From positions 4,121 to 68,120 of the forward strand of contig LBWK01000002.1 in the NCBI GenBank assembly GCA_000993565.1: a stretch of 64,000 nt of DNA, written 5' to 3'. This document shows, piece by piece, positions 17,568 to 28,198 of this stretch. This stretch comes from a candidate division WS6 bacterium GW2011_GWF2_39_15 (GTDB lineage: Bacteria; Patescibacteriota; Dojkabacteria; SC72). The notes below the pieces were generated by a model. That model was not told the DNA's origin, did not search any database, and saw only the letters and a list, made by a program, of their open reading frames with translations. Numbering within the stretch: position 1 is the stretch's first letter; each line of letters opens with the position of its first letter. Position numbers and translations under genes: made by a program.

Positions 17568-17671
17568 GATTTACATCTTTTTATGTCTTTTATATAATCA
17601 ATTATCGGAAGTGAAAGTCAGAAATTCTCGGCGCTACTGCGGGGTATAAGTCGTAGTATTATATGCTAGGA

Positions 17672-18130
17672 CTAACGCGACGATGGAGGGGTGCCGGCCT
17701 CCCTCTTCCACAACAGTTTGAACTTATTCAGCTCCTTTTGTTTAACTCTGAATCCTGTTAAAACATAATTTCCTCTATTTTTCTTTTGTGATAGCTGTAA
17801 AACAATTATGTAATCTCCCTCAGGGAGTAATTTGTGCAATACTATATTTCCGTGTCTGTTTGAGGAATTTTTATAAATAGCGTCTGGGGAAATGATTATT
17901 TGGCTTAAATATTGGAGCAGATACTCGTACTCCCGAGCCGTTCTCTTATCATAGAGATGTTTCAAACCAAATGTCGAAATGTATACTCTTTTGGTTTTAA
18001 TCTTTAGAAAATCCAAAGGCAGTTTAAATGTAGTGAGAAATATTCTCTTCCGTACACAAGAAGACTCTTTCGGAGTAAGAAAGATATGTTGTTTATGGAT
18101 ATTGAATAGTTTATGCTTCACTCCTACCAA
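17672..18130 (-). CDS. Hypothetical protein
   Basis: 152-aa ORF convergent with the AbrB-like gene; no motif recognised. Confidence 0.3.
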   Translation of the reverse strand: MVGVKHKLFNIHKQHIFLTPKESSCVRKRIFLTTFKLPLDFLKIKTKRVYISTFGLKHLYDKRTAREYEYLLQYLSQIIISPDAIYKNSSNRHGNIVLHKLLPEGDYIIVLQLSQKKNRGNYVLTGFRVKQKELNKFKLLWKREAGTPPSSR

Positions 18131-18170
18131 TTTACGTGATAGAAATGAAGAAATTATGAATCAGTAGAGA

Positions 18171-20324
18171 CTATTTTATTTGCGAAAATGCCTCTCCAGG
18201 TTTAGCATCGCCCAGTACTCTGTAGATGCTTGTATCATTATCTCCAATTCCTAGTTCTTTTTCAGATGCAAGCATACCCTCCGATGTAATTCCGAGTAGT
18301 GTTCTGCTTTTTATTACTATTGCCTTTCCTTCTGATGTGAGTTTTGATCCAACAGGGAAATATACAACCTTATCACCTTTTTTTAGGGTAAGGTCGCTGG
18401 TTATCACTTCAGAGTTTTTCTTTCCAATGTTCACAATATAGACACCAAGTTTTTCGGAGTTAGGATGCACCCTTTTCTTTCTTATCTCTCCTACTACTAC
18501 TTGGGTGACGCCTGCCCCTGTTATGTTTTCTATAAGTTCAGCCTCATCTTCTTTCTTTAGTTCTTCAGTATATTCAAGTTTTTCGAATAGTACTTCGGTT
18601 TTTTCTATCTGAGTCCCCGCAACTATTTCAGCAAAGTTCCAATTGTTAATATATTGGGTAACAACACCCTTTTCTTCAAGCTCAATATTCTGGTCGTATT
18701 CATTTTCTATCTTTAGATATTCTCTTACCTTTTCCGATGAAAATGGGAGATATGGCTTAAGAAGTATTCTTAATGCATTAACAATCTGAATTGAATTGTA
18801 GATGGTATTTCCTGCATTCAGTCTATCGTTCTTCACTCTCTCCCATGGTGTATTGTCATTAAAGTACTTGTTTGCGAATTTGCCCAATTCGAGGATACTT
18901 TCTATTGATTGTACAAACTTGCACTCTTCAATGTTCCGACCTGTTTTCTTAAATGTAGTGTTTATCTGTTCTCTGACTTCATCGCTTAATACCCCCTGGG
19001 GTACTACTCCGTCAAACTTTGAGTTAGTGAATGTAAGAACTCGGTTGATAAAATTACCGAGGTTTGCCACCAGTTCGTTATTATTTGCATCTATAAAATC
19101 TTTCCAAATGTATTCCCGGTCATGATTTTCAGGGGCATATTTAACAAAGAAGTACCTGAGAAGATCAGGATTATATCTTTGAAGAACTGATTCAAGAGTT
19201 ATTCCTGTTTTATCACCTTTAGACATTTTCTTTCCCTTGTACATAAGCATCTTGTTAGCAGGAACATCGTACGGGAGATTTAGGGGTTTTGTAGTGGTCT
19301 CTCCTGGAAGTTTATATTTCTCGACGAGTTCAGAGTTAGCATATTTTTGATTGTAAGCAACTATTTCTGCGGGCCAGATTACAGTATGGAAAGGTACATT
19401 GCCTCCTGCAATGAAGTAGTAGTGTTTGCAGGAAGGGTCTTTCCAGAAACTTTCCCAAAGAGAAGGATCGCCCTGCTTTTGTGCCCACTCAATTGCGGCA
19501 GACAGATATCCGACAACAGCTTCAATCCACACATATACAACCTTTTCCTCCCACCCTTCTACTGGAACGGGTATTCCAAAATTCAAGTCTCTTGTAACGG
19601 CTCTTGGTTCGAGTCCCTGCTTTAACCAACCTCTTGTAAACTCACGAACCCACTTTCTCCAAGGCTCATCACTTGTTTTTACCCACTTTGATATTTCAGG
19701 CTGCAGTTTTGAGAGATTGAGGTAGAAATGGTCGGTTTTCTTTAGCTTCGGCTTAGAATCCGAAAGCGTACTATACGGATCAATTAAATCTTCAGGATTC
19801 AGATATGCTCCGCACTCCGGACACTCATCCCCCCGGGCGTTTTGAGCTCCGCATTTGGGGCAAGTACCTCTTACATATCTGTCTGGGAGATATCTTTTAA
19901 CTTTTGAATCATAATACTGTTCGGACTGCTTTACCTCTAGATATCCAAGTTCCTTTAGTGCCAGAAAGATGTTTTGTACAACGGTTTTGTGATTCTCGGT
20001 TGTAGTTTTTGTGTAGTTCTCATACAAGAGTCCAAGTTTTTTGAATGTTTTGACAATTTCCTGATGTGCTTCCTCTGCATATTTTGCAGGTGTTGTTCCT
20101 ACCTCTTCCGCCTTAAATATTACAGGAGCTCCATGGCTGTCGCTTCCCGAAACCATAAGAACTCTATTTCCTTTAAGTCTGTGATATCTGGCAAACACAT
20201 CTGTTACGATATTCTGTCCTGCCAAATGTCCAAGGTGAATATTCCCGTTGGCATAAGGCCAAGACACTCCTATAAATATTTTTTCTTGCTTTGAGTTCGC
20301 AACTTGCATAATCGCATTATACAA
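18171..20324 (-). CDS. metG: Methionyl-tRNA synthetase with C-terminal EMAP/Trbp111-type tRNA-binding domain
   Basis: 'ANGNIHLGHLAG' (HIGH), Zn knuckle 'CPKCGAQNARGDECPECG', 'KKMSKGDKTG' (KMSKS), C-terminal OB-fold 'VVVGEIRKKRVHPNSEKL...'. Confidence 0.9.
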   Translation of the reverse strand: MYNAIMQVANSKQEKIFIGVSWPYANGNIHLGHLAGQNIVTDVFARYHRLKGNRVLMVSGSDSHGAPVIFKAEEVGTTPAKYAEEAHQEIVKTFKKLGLLYENYTKTTTENHKTVVQNIFLALKELGYLEVKQSEQYYDSKVKRYLPDRYVRGTCPKCGAQNARGDECPECGAYLNPEDLIDPYSTLSDSKPKLKKTDHFYLNLSKLQPEISKWVKTSDEPWRKWVREFTRGWLKQGLEPRAVTRDLNFGIPVPVEGWEEKVVYVWIEAVVGYLSAAIEWAQKQGDPSLWESFWKDPSCKHYYFIAGGNVPFHTVIWPAEIVAYNQKYANSELVEKYKLPGETTTKPLNLPYDVPANKMLMYKGKKMSKGDKTGITLESVLQRYNPDLLRYFFVKYAPENHDREYIWKDFIDANNNELVANLGNFINRVLTFTNSKFDGVVPQGVLSDEVREQINTTFKKTGRNIEECKFVQSIESILELGKFANKYFNDNTPWERVKNDRLNAGNTIYNSIQIVNALRILLKPYLPFSSEKVREYLKIENEYDQNIELEEKGVVTQYINNWNFAEIVAGTQIEKTEVLFEKLEYTEELKKEDEAELIENITGAGVTQVVVGEIRKKRVHPNSEKLGVYIVNIGKKNSEVITSDLTLKKGDKVVYFPVGSKLTSEGKAIVIKSRTLLGITSEGMLASEKELGIGDNDTSIYRVLGDAKPGEAFSQIK

Positions 20325-20366
20325 TATATTCTGTTATAGTAGCTATTAAGATAGTTTTACTGCCCA

Positions 20367-20933
20367 ATGTCAGTCAAAAGCAAAAAAACAATTAACCTGT
20401 TGGACTCAATAGGAACCCCAAGTGATACATGGACGGCGATTTACCTTTGGGTCTTTAACATCGGAAGATACATAATGCTAGGCATCGAAATCGTTGTTCT
20501 GGCAGTTTTCTTCTCAAGGTTCGTACTTGATAAACAGAACCATGATTTAACAGAAGAGATAAATGATAAAACAGTTATTCTGTCTAACAAGGCTTTTAGA
20601 GACGATGAGGTTAGGTATCGGAACTTGCAAACCCTGCTTTCCGATGTAACGACATTAAGTGAAGACCAGCCCCTTAATTCCGAACAGATCTCTGCTTTGA
20701 CAAGTGCTGTTCCTAATGGATTAACACTTGATAAATTTGCTTTTTCAGATACCAAAGTTTCCATGTCCCTGCTTGGTAGTAAGCTTAATGTGATAAAGGA
20801 TTATGAGTTTTCACTTAGACAGAATCCTAGGTATAAAAATGTTAATTTCACGGTTTCCAGATCAGGTATTAACAAAACCGATTTCGATGTATCAGTATCG
20901 TTTGCGTTAAACTTTGAAGAGGATCAGAAATAA
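20367..20933 (+). CDS. PilN-like bitopic protein (type IV pilus/competence assembly)
   Basis: Short cytoplasmic N-term, one TM helix, coiled-coil periplasmic region; size and topology fit PilN. Call is by architecture only. Confidence 0.4.
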   Translation: MSVKSKKTINLLDSIGTPSDTWTAIYLWVFNIGRYIMLGIEIVVLAVFFSRFVLDKQNHDLTEEINDKTVILSNKAFRDDEVRYRNLQTLLSDVTTLSEDQPLNSEQISALTSAVPNGLTLDKFAFSDTKVSMSLLGSKLNVIKDYEFSLRQNPRYKNVNFTVSRSGINKTDFDVSVSFALNFEEDQK

Positions 20934-21532
20934 TGGCAAGTTCAAAGGGGATAGACTACTTAAAAATTATTAACGGTTCTGTTCAGAGTAAAACGTATAG
21001 TTTTGTTATCTTTACTGTGATTGTTGTTATAGTACTTTTGATTGGTGCCGTTAGGCCGACACTTCTTACGATTACTAAGATAAATAAAGATATCAAAGAG
21101 AAAAAGCTTATAAACACTCAGCTTGATACGAAACTTCAGAATCTTTCAACACTAAGTAACCAATACGGTAGTATTAAGAGTGATGCTGATACTCTGCCTC
21201 TAATGTTTCCGACACAGGGTAATTTCAGTCTGTTCATGTCTAATATTGAGGAAATATCAAAAGCTAACGGATTTACCCTAAATGGAATCAATTTTAATAA
21301 GAATGATGATTTTATAATGAAGTTGAAAGTGCTAAAGCCATGGAGTGCGAGAATTACCGTTTCAGGTAAAAAGGCTAATATTATAAAGTTGTTAAAAGCT
21401 TATGAATCAATGCCAATGTACCCTGTTGTTAATCAGCTATCATATAGCAATAAGCAGGATGAGAGTAATCAGACAACGTTTAGTATTAATCTAATCGTTT
21501 TTCGAATTGATGATCCAAATTTTTATAATTAG
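20933..21532 (+). CDS. PilO-like bitopic protein
   Basis: Start overlaps the stop of the upstream gene (ATAATGG); N-terminal TM, coiled coil, C-terminal alpha/beta domain; 199 aa. Confidence 0.4.
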   Translation: MASSKGIDYLKIINGSVQSKTYSFVIFTVIVVIVLLIGAVRPTLLTITKINKDIKEKKLINTQLDTKLQNLSTLSNQYGSIKSDADTLPLMFPTQGNFSLFMSNIEEISKANGFTLNGINFNKNDDFIMKLKVLKPWSARITVSGKKANIIKLLKAYESMPMYPVVNQLSYSNKQDESNQTTFSINLIVFRIDDPNFYN

Positions 21533-21537
21533 TAGCT

Positions 21538-21777
21538 ATGAAAACTAATGCAATGCCGATTCTCGTGCTTCTTTTGATTGTGGCGGTTGTCTGGATAGTA
21601 TTTAGCGTATATTTTAACAGTAATGAACTGGATATTGACCCGAATGCAACCAGCTATATGCAGCATATTAATCCAAGCTTCTTAACCGATGGTTTAGATG
21701 ATTTAGCCAAAAGGAGCGAAAAGAATCTTCCAGTGTCTCCTTCCGAGTTTCTTAATCTTGTTGCAGACGAAAAATAG
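21538..21777 (+). CDS. Small single-TM protein
   Basis: 79 aa, N-terminal TM helix, follows PilO-like gene by 5 nt. Confidence 0.3.
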   Translation: MKTNAMPILVLLLIVAVVWIVFSVYFNSNELDIDPNATSYMQHINPSFLTDGLDDLAKRSEKNLPVSPSEFLNLVADEK

Positions 21778-21778
21778 A

Positions 21779-22870
21779 CTAGCTGCTTATGTAGTTGTTC
21801 AACTTCTTTGCAGATGATTTCTCTTTGAGCTTTTTTAACGCCTTTGCCTCAATTTGTCTAATTCTTTCTCTTGTTACACCAAACTCCTTTCCTACCTCTT
21901 CAAGAGTTCGGGTTACGCCATCTTCAAGTCCGAATCTCAATGAGAGCACTCTTCTCTCTCTTTCTTGGAGGGAATCGAGAATCTCGTGAATCTGGTTTTT
22001 TAAATACTCAAGAGTTGCATATTCCTCAGGTGATTGTGACCAGTCATCGGGAATAATGTCTAAAAGCTGACTATCTTTTTCGTCGCCAATAGGAGTCTGG
22101 AGAGAGGACGGATTTTGTGAAATCTTTTTAATTTCAACAACCTTCTCGGTTTCGATATCCATCTCTTTAGCTATCTCTTCGTCTGTAGGCTTTCTTCCAA
22201 GCTTGGTAGTCAAGGTTGCATTAACCTTGTTAAATTTGTTTATCGTTTCAATCATGTGTACTGGTATACGAATGGTTCTAGCCTGGTCTGCAATTGCTCT
22301 GGTAATTGCTTGTCTTATCCACCATGTTGCGTATGTTGAGAATTTGAAACCTCTCTGGTAGTCAAACTTTTCTACAGCCCTCATTAATCCCATATTACCC
22401 TCCTGTATAAGGTCAAGGAGCTCCAGGCCGCTCTTGGCATACTTCTTGGCAATACTTACAACAAGCCTCAAGTTTGCAGTGATGAGTAGCTGTGAGGCTT
22501 CTCTATCACCAGCCTCAAGTCTCTTTGCAAGGATAACTTCTTCTTCTCCCGTGAGTAGAGGAATCTTTCCTATCTCGTACAAGTATGACCTGATTGCATC
22601 TGTTGAGAGATTGGATTGAATAGTTTTCAAAATACGGATTTTCTTTTCTAGGGTGAGTTCCTCTCCCGAAGGCCCGCGTCTCTCCTCTTCCTCAGCCTCA
22701 ATTACCTCTATACCTTCCTGCTGTAATTTTTGGAATACACTATCTACAAGTTCAATATCCTCTTCTAAAGTGGGTAATTGGTTTAAAATATCGTCTTGTG
22801 TAAGAAACCCCTGCTCCAGGCCTTTTTCAATTAACTTCTTAATTGCGGTCTGATTGCTGTCTGCCTTCAT
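21779..22870 (-). CDS. sigA: RNA polymerase primary sigma factor (sigma-70 family)
   Basis: '[17 protein letters not shown]' region 2.1, '[16 protein letters not shown]' region 2.2, '[37 protein letters not shown]' regions 2.3-2.4, C-terminal region 4 HTH. Confidence 0.9.
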   Translation of the reverse strand: MKADSNQTAIKKLIEKGLEQGFLTQDDILNQLPTLEEDIELVDSVFQKLQQEGIEVIEAEEEERRGPSGEELTLEKKIRILKTIQSNLSTDAIRSYLYEIGKIPLLTGEEEVILAKRLEAGDREASQLLITANLRLVVSIAKKYAKSGLELLDLIQEGNMGLMRAVEKFDYQRGFKFSTYATWWIRQAITRAIADQARTIRIPVHMIETINKFNKVNATLTTKLGRKPTDEEIAKEMDIETEKVVEIKKISQNPSSLQTPIGDEKDSQLLDIIPDDWSQSPEEYATLEYLKNQIHEILDSLQERERRVLSLRFGLEDGVTRTLEEVGKEFGVTRERIRQIEAKALKKLKEKSSAKKLNNYISS

Positions 22871-22896
22871 CTTTTTGACTATGGTATAATTTATAT

Positions 22897-23253
22897 ATGG
22901 TAAAAAATAGGGTCAGTAAAAATAAAGAGAAAATTTCAAAAGATAATCTTAACTTCTTTATTGAGGCTATAGCCAGGTTTTGTGATAAATGCGGAACCCC
23001 TTATAGTGTCGATAATTTGCAAATTATTCAAGATAATGATTTCTCGAGCATTATACACTTCTCTTGTAATAATTGTAAATCCCGCCATATTGCAACGTTC
23101 GTAAAGCCTATAGGTGTAAGTAGCAGAATGCCTGTAAATAGCGACCTCTCTGTCGATGAGATAGCTAAGTTTGCTAAGTATAATGAAGTCCCTGCTGACG
23201 ACATATTATCAGTCTATACTCTCCTTTCAAAGAATCCTGTGATAAAGCTTTAG
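22897..23253 (+). CDS. Hypothetical protein with CxxC...CxxC zinc-ribbon-like motif
   Basis: 'CDKCG...CNNCKSRH'. Confidence 0.3.
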   Translation: MVKNRVSKNKEKISKDNLNFFIEAIARFCDKCGTPYSVDNLQIIQDNDFSSIIHFSCNNCKSRHIATFVKPIGVSSRMPVNSDLSVDEIAKFAKYNEVPADDILSVYTLLSKNPVIKL

Positions 23254-23255
23254 AG

Positions 23256-26200
23256 TTATTTTGTATTCCAAATAATATTGTATTTCAGATCCGAAGTGAG
23301 TTTGGTCTGGCTTAGTAACTGATTTAGTACACCGTCCATCGTGTCATTATTCACAACTGCCCAGGTATCCGGGTATGTAATGTTGATTGAGGTTGGGTCA
23401 TCAAACGTTCCGGGTTGTTTATAGATGTTGAGTGCAAGACTTATATCCTCATTATTAACTGTAATAGGTTTGTAAGTACTGTTTTTGCCTATATTGTATT
23501 TAATTTCAAAATTTCTGGATGATTGAATTGGTACATTAAGCCATCCGCCGATAACCTTGTACCCTTTTTCTAAATATATCTGGTAATCGCTGTCACTAAA
23601 TCCTTTAACGGATTTTATCTGAGCATTTTCCGGCATATAGACTCTAAGGTAGTTTGAATAATCTCCCTGAGGATATATCTTGGAAGTTGCAGTGTTTCTT
23701 ATTGCAAGTTGATATGTATAATCAACGCTTTCGGTATCGAAAATATCTATATTTATGGATCTGCTCCTCTCAATCTTATTATTTACCTTATTAGCTCCCC
23801 AGTTCCATTCAATTGAGAACGGAGCGGACTTGTAATCATTGAGAAGTGTTCCTGACCATCCATTTTCACTTAGATATTCAAAAGCATCGCGGTTTTTAAG
23901 GTATATATTTAAATGCTTCTGTTCTAGTGAATCCATCACTACCGTACTAATTTTTGAATATTCAGGGACTTCAGCTGTTAGAAGTTTCTGGAGGGATGTG
24001 TTTGCCAGGTTAGCAAGAAATGGAGCTTTAAGACTTTCCCCCGGCTTAAACTCTTTATGAAGAGCCGATATCTTGTCATCAAGATTATCTGCAGTAATTG
24101 GCTGAGTTTCTCCCGGAATTATTACCTCGCCCCATACTCCGAGAAGACTTTTCAGAACTTCCGTGTCTATGGTTATAACTCCGTCAATTTTAACTCCCGG
24201 GTCAATTTCGTTGAGTAGTTTTTCATCTAGATCCGACACCCCTTTAAGATCCGGATCCCAGTTAGATAGTGAAAAGGTTTGAAGATCAACCCCAAGGGCA
24301 CGTTTCATCGAGAGAGGTGTCGACATCTTTATATCTGCATTGATAAGTTCACCGTCAATATTGTAGATATCATCTACTTTTAGTTCTCTTATCTGTCCCC
24401 CTTCAAATGCAACAAGCGCATAGCTTGACGGCCACCCTCCGGTGCTTCTTAGTTCCGCAGGATTCTGAAGCAGTATTAGATATCGTACCCGTTGTTCAAT
24501 TCCCAATATGTCAGGAAGAAATGTGACAACTTTTTCCAATGGAATTATCTGTTCTCCTAGTTGGTCATTATATGATTTTAACTGGGCGATATAGTTTTGT
24601 AGTGATACAGGAAAAGTATTTGTCTTTACTGTATCAATTAAATCTGAAGCTATATTTAAATCGTAGACACCTTTTTGGAGGAGGGATCTGTTCTGTTTAA
24701 GTGACACAAGATAGTCTCGATACTCACGGCTTGATGATGGAAGAGTATTTTGAAAGTTCAAAGCGGGTTTGAAGTTCGTGAGATACATGGCAAGCGGCTC
24801 AACTGCGGAAGCGACATCCTTTGCACCACTTACTGCGTACTGTGAGGCAAATATCAGCTGAGATACATTATCGTAGGTGTCCTGTGCTCCTGTAACGGCA
24901 AACATCCACTTTGTTCTGCCAAAAGCCCCGCTTACCTTGTCAATATACTCCTCGGATTTCTCCAAGCTTTTTTCTGCTTTGGTTAGTTCCAGTTGAGAGG
25001 CTTGTTCCTTGGCTGCCATCAGGTTTTTATAGGCAAGATATCCTCCTGCTGATACTGTGAGTATTGGGTAGAGCACAAAGATGATGAAGAGGAATGCAGC
25101 AATCCCTATTATAACCAGTTGAGCAATTTTCCCTTTGGTCAGGCTACCTTTGAACTTTTCCCAGCTGTTAGTGGAGGATCTTGTTAATAGCTTGAATGGA
25201 CGGGATAGAATATCAAAAAAGTCGCCAAGCGGAGTCTTTACACTTTTCACCCTGATAGTTTCTTCGGATTTCTCTTGAGGGGCTGGTTTCTCAAGGCTCT
25301 TTTTTATTATTTGACCTGTTTTAGGGTACAGCGTTTCTATTGTCTCTACTATTGACTGCTCTAATGTAATAGCCTGTTTCCAGCCGTAGTTGCTGGCATT
25401 TGGAGCCGGTGTGTAGTGTTCAAAGCTTATGTATTCCTCTTTATTGGTTGCCGGTCCGAATTTAATCTCGCTTATTTCGGGATTTATCTCCAGAAGCTTG
25501 TAGGCGAGAGAGAGGGTAGTATAGTCGTGATTATTGGCAAGAGATATAACTTCCCCCTCCGTTTGAGAAGAGAAGGTGAGCTTAAGTATTCCGTATATAG
25601 CATCGTCGATATTGAGAAGGTAGTGAAGCTCAAGTCCTTCACCGGCAATTGTGATATATCCTCTGTTTGAGCTTTCAGAAATCATATCATTGAGTATGGG
25701 ATCCCGCAGGGTTTCGATTTCAGTACCAAGAAGTGTTCCCAGCCGGATTATTCTTGCGTTGAGCTTGGATTTATCCCTGTATTCCGCTGTCAAAGTCTCA
25801 CAATATTTCTGAAGCTCAATGGCTGAGTATGGTGACGGAGCAGATAGATTATTATTAAGAATATGGGCTGACAGCTGTTCGTTAAGCTTGATTGTTGTTA
25901 TCAGAGCAAACTTTGAATCGCTTTTCTGTGAAGCCTTCAAAGTGTGGTTCAGGTAATTGGACTCCTCCAAAAAATCTTTGCTAGAGAAGCTTCTTTGAAT
26001 ATTCAGGTATTCTTCAAGAATGTAGTATACATAATCAATTCTATTTATGGTTTTAAATAGGGACTCGATTCCAGTAAAGTCTATGAAGTCGGCTGTTCCG
26101 AGTTTTTTGAGCTCGGAAATATACTTTTTAGACTCCGAGTTGAAGTGGTCAACAATAATTACCTTTCCTCCTTGTTCAAGGAGTGTTTTAGCAAGCTTGA

Positions 26201-26276
26201 ATCCTAATGGATTTCCTCCATGGACTAGGAGGGAGACAGTAGTACTTAATTTTACGTCGCTATATTTGCTTGCCAT
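23256..26276 (-). CDS. 1006-aa fusion protein: N-terminal NAD(P)-binding Rossmann (epimerase/dehydratase-like) domain, single TM, ~600-aa extracytoplasmic domain
   Basis: 'VSLLVHGGNPLGFKLAKTLLEQGGKVIIVD' glycine-rich NAD-binding loop; TM 'IAQLVIIGIAAFLFIIFVLYPIL'; long C-terminal non-repetitive domain. Confidence 0.45.
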   Translation of the reverse strand: MASKYSDVKLSTTVSLLVHGGNPLGFKLAKTLLEQGGKVIIVDHFNSESKKYISELKKLGTADFIDFTGIESLFKTINRIDYVYYILEEYLNIQRSFSSKDFLEESNYLNHTLKASQKSDSKFALITTIKLNEQLSAHILNNNLSAPSPYSAIELQKYCETLTAEYRDKSKLNARIIRLGTLLGTEIETLRDPILNDMISESSNRGYITIAGEGLELHYLLNIDDAIYGILKLTFSSQTEGEVISLANNHDYTTLSLAYKLLEINPEISEIKFGPATNKEEYISFEHYTPAPNASNYGWKQAITLEQSIVETIETLYPKTGQIIKKSLEKPAPQEKSEETIRVKSVKTPLGDFFDILSRPFKLLTRSSTNSWEKFKGSLTKGKIAQLVIIGIAAFLFIIFVLYPILTVSAGGYLAYKNLMAAKEQASQLELTKAEKSLEKSEEYIDKVSGAFGRTKWMFAVTGAQDTYDNVSQLIFASQYAVSGAKDVASAVEPLAMYLTNFKPALNFQNTLPSSSREYRDYLVSLKQNRSLLQKGVYDLNIASDLIDTVKTNTFPVSLQNYIAQLKSYNDQLGEQIIPLEKVVTFLPDILGIEQRVRYLILLQNPAELRSTGGWPSSYALVAFEGGQIRELKVDDIYNIDGELINADIKMSTPLSMKRALGVDLQTFSLSNWDPDLKGVSDLDEKLLNEIDPGVKIDGVITIDTEVLKSLLGVWGEVIIPGETQPITADNLDDKISALHKEFKPGESLKAPFLANLANTSLQKLLTAEVPEYSKISTVVMDSLEQKHLNIYLKNRDAFEYLSENGWSGTLLNDYKSAPFSIEWNWGANKVNNKIERSRSINIDIFDTESVDYTYQLAIRNTATSKIYPQGDYSNYLRVYMPENAQIKSVKGFSDSDYQIYLEKGYKVIGGWLNVPIQSSRNFEIKYNIGKNSTYKPITVNNEDISLALNIYKQPGTFDDPTSINITYPDTWAVVNNDTMDGVLNQLLSQTKLTSDLKYNIIWNTK

Positions 26277-26914
26277 TATTTGCTCTCCTTTATCTCTATA
26301 GGTATCGGGAATAGATAGGCTTTGACATTTAAGTTATACCCTTCTTCCACAACAATTGGAAACTCCAGATCTTCATATCCTGATTTATTAATTTTCAATG
26401 TGTATGACTTCGGATTTGCAAGGTATGCATTTATTGGGGCTCTGCTTGCATATTCACCGTCAATATAGACAGTGGCCTCTTCGGGTTCCGTCGTAACACT
26501 GAGGTATCCTTTATCATTGTTTTTTGGAGATTCAGTGTAGTATAGAATATATCCCGAAGTGATGTTTTCAGGGGCAATTTCAAGGTCAATGATAGCTTCG
26601 GTATTTCTTTCCAGTTCTATTTGCACAAATCTGTCTTCGTAGGCATCTGTTACATCAGATACTCTTTTGAGCCTGAATCGATACTCTCCCGGTTTTAGAT
26701 CTGATATTGTAACGGGGGTTTCTCCATAGCTTTTAGACTCAAGGAACACTTCAGCCTTCCCTTTCCTTGCGGTGATTGTAACTGTTGTATTGTTATAGAA
26801 TTGGTTTAAGTATGGGATTTGTGACACTAGCTTTTCAAAGGGTACGAAAAGTGCCGCTACTATTATTAGCACAGCAAGAACTATGAGTATTGTGGCAGTT
26901 TTTAAACTCGGCAT
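26276..26914 (-). CDS. PEGA-domain secreted/anchored protein
   Basis: N-terminal TM/signal; two PEGA-like units ('AEVFLESKSYGETPVTISDLKPGEYRFRL', 'ATVYIDGEYASRAPINAYLANPKSYTLKINKSGYEDLEF'). Confidence 0.5.
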   Translation of the reverse strand: MPSLKTATILIVLAVLIIVAALFVPFEKLVSQIPYLNQFYNNTTVTITARKGKAEVFLESKSYGETPVTISDLKPGEYRFRLKRVSDVTDAYEDRFVQIELERNTEAIIDLEIAPENITSGYILYYTESPKNNDKGYLSVTTEPEEATVYIDGEYASRAPINAYLANPKSYTLKINKSGYEDLEFPIVVEEGYNLNVKAYLFPIPIEIKESK

Positions 26915-26956
26915 ATTTTGATTATATGCTAGCCAATACGCTATGTCTACAAGATA

Positions 26957-28198
26957 TTAGTATGAGTATTTGGATTCCGGCGATTGAGCCTTTGATTTTT
27001 TGAGTGCTTCTTCCTTCTTGATTCTGGCTTTTTGGTTGATATAGATTATTCCGACAAGCAAAAGGAAAATTGTGAAAAGAAGAATGAAAAATTTGTAGGC
27101 ACCGGTTGTAAGGACGGCGATTAATCCAAATAGCATAGAGATTGAAGCTTCAATTAAAAGTATTTGGAGAGGAGAAAGGTTCATACTGTATAACTGATGA
27201 TGCAGATGAGAAGTATCATTGATTCTCATTAGTTCAATCAGATTCTTCGGCCTGTATTTTATATAACGGGAAACAAGTACATAGATAGCATCGATTAATG
27301 GAAGAGCAAGGATCATTATGGTGGTGGCAACCTTTGCCCCGTTGACGAGAGATAGGACGGCAATAATAAAACCATACATTGTTTTCCCAGTCGATCCGGT
27401 AAAAATCTTTGCAGGAGGCAGGTTGTAGATCATTGATCCTGCTATACCACCAATCATAACTATTGAAACAACCACAAGAAACGAGTTCCCTGTTCTTATT
27501 CCGAGAATAAAGAGGAGTAAATAAGCAACGATCATATTTCCTTCCAGCAGACCTCCAATTCCTCCAACCCATTTAGTTGCGTTGGTACAAAGCACAATCC
27601 AGGCGATTATAAGCAAGTCTCCGGGAAATACAAACCGCCATGCAATATTTAGAAAACTTGTGCTCCATTGCCACCAGTTTAAGTCCAGGGATCCGCCGAA
27701 TGGATTGTTAATATAAGAGAGATCAATTACAGAAGCGGCTATTATTATACTTGCAATCAACTGTGTCGCAAGCTGTATTGAAGGTAACAGGTTGTAAGTA
27801 TCATCTAAGAAGCCTGATACAAGGAGGAGTAGGCAGACAATTAAAAATGGTGTAAGGATATTTGATGAACCTAGAAATAAAGGGAGAGCAAGTAGGAGAG
27901 GAATTATAACTGCAATTCCTCCTAAAGCTGGTGTTATATCCTTGTGAATATGCTTTTCAGCGTTATCGTAAGGGTTTTTCTCCGCTTTTCTGGCCTTTCC
28001 CGGAAAATAAACGGCTTTTAATTTGAGTGCAAGTCTACCAACTAGAGGAGTTAGAATAAGGGAAAGTAGAAAAAATATTCCAAGCACCGGCAGAAATTGA
28101 AAGTACTTGAAGTAAACTTCAGGCACATTGGGTAGCATATCGGGCTTTAGTAGGAGGCTCTTCAGTAACAAGGTCGTTCCCTCAAGTATTCCGTTCAT
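26957..28198 (-). CDS. Glycosyltransferase family 4 polyprenyl-phosphate phospho-sugar transferase (WecA/MraY-like)
   Basis: 'GFLDDTYNL' (DDxxN Mg site) and 'NATKWVGGIGGLLEGN' (equivalent of N-x-x-N-x-x-DGxDGL); ~10 TM helices. Confidence 0.6.
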   Translation of the reverse strand: MNGILEGTTLLLKSLLLKPDMLPNVPEVYFKYFQFLPVLGIFFLLSLILTPLVGRLALKLKAVYFPGKARKAEKNPYDNAEKHIHKDITPALGGIAVIIPLLLALPLFLGSSNILTPFLIVCLLLLVSGFLDDTYNLLPSIQLATQLIASIIIAASVIDLSYINNPFGGSLDLNWWQWSTSFLNIAWRFVFPGDLLIIAWIVLCTNATKWVGGIGGLLEGNMIVAYLLLFILGIRTGNSFLVVVSIVMIGGIAGSMIYNLPPAKIFTGSTGKTMYGFIIAVLSLVNGAKVATTIMILALPLIDAIYVLVSRYIKYRPKNLIELMRINDTSHLHHQLYSMNLSPLQILLIEASISMLFGLIAVLTTGAYKFFILLFTIFLLLVGIIYINQKARIKKEEALKKSKAQSPESKYSY

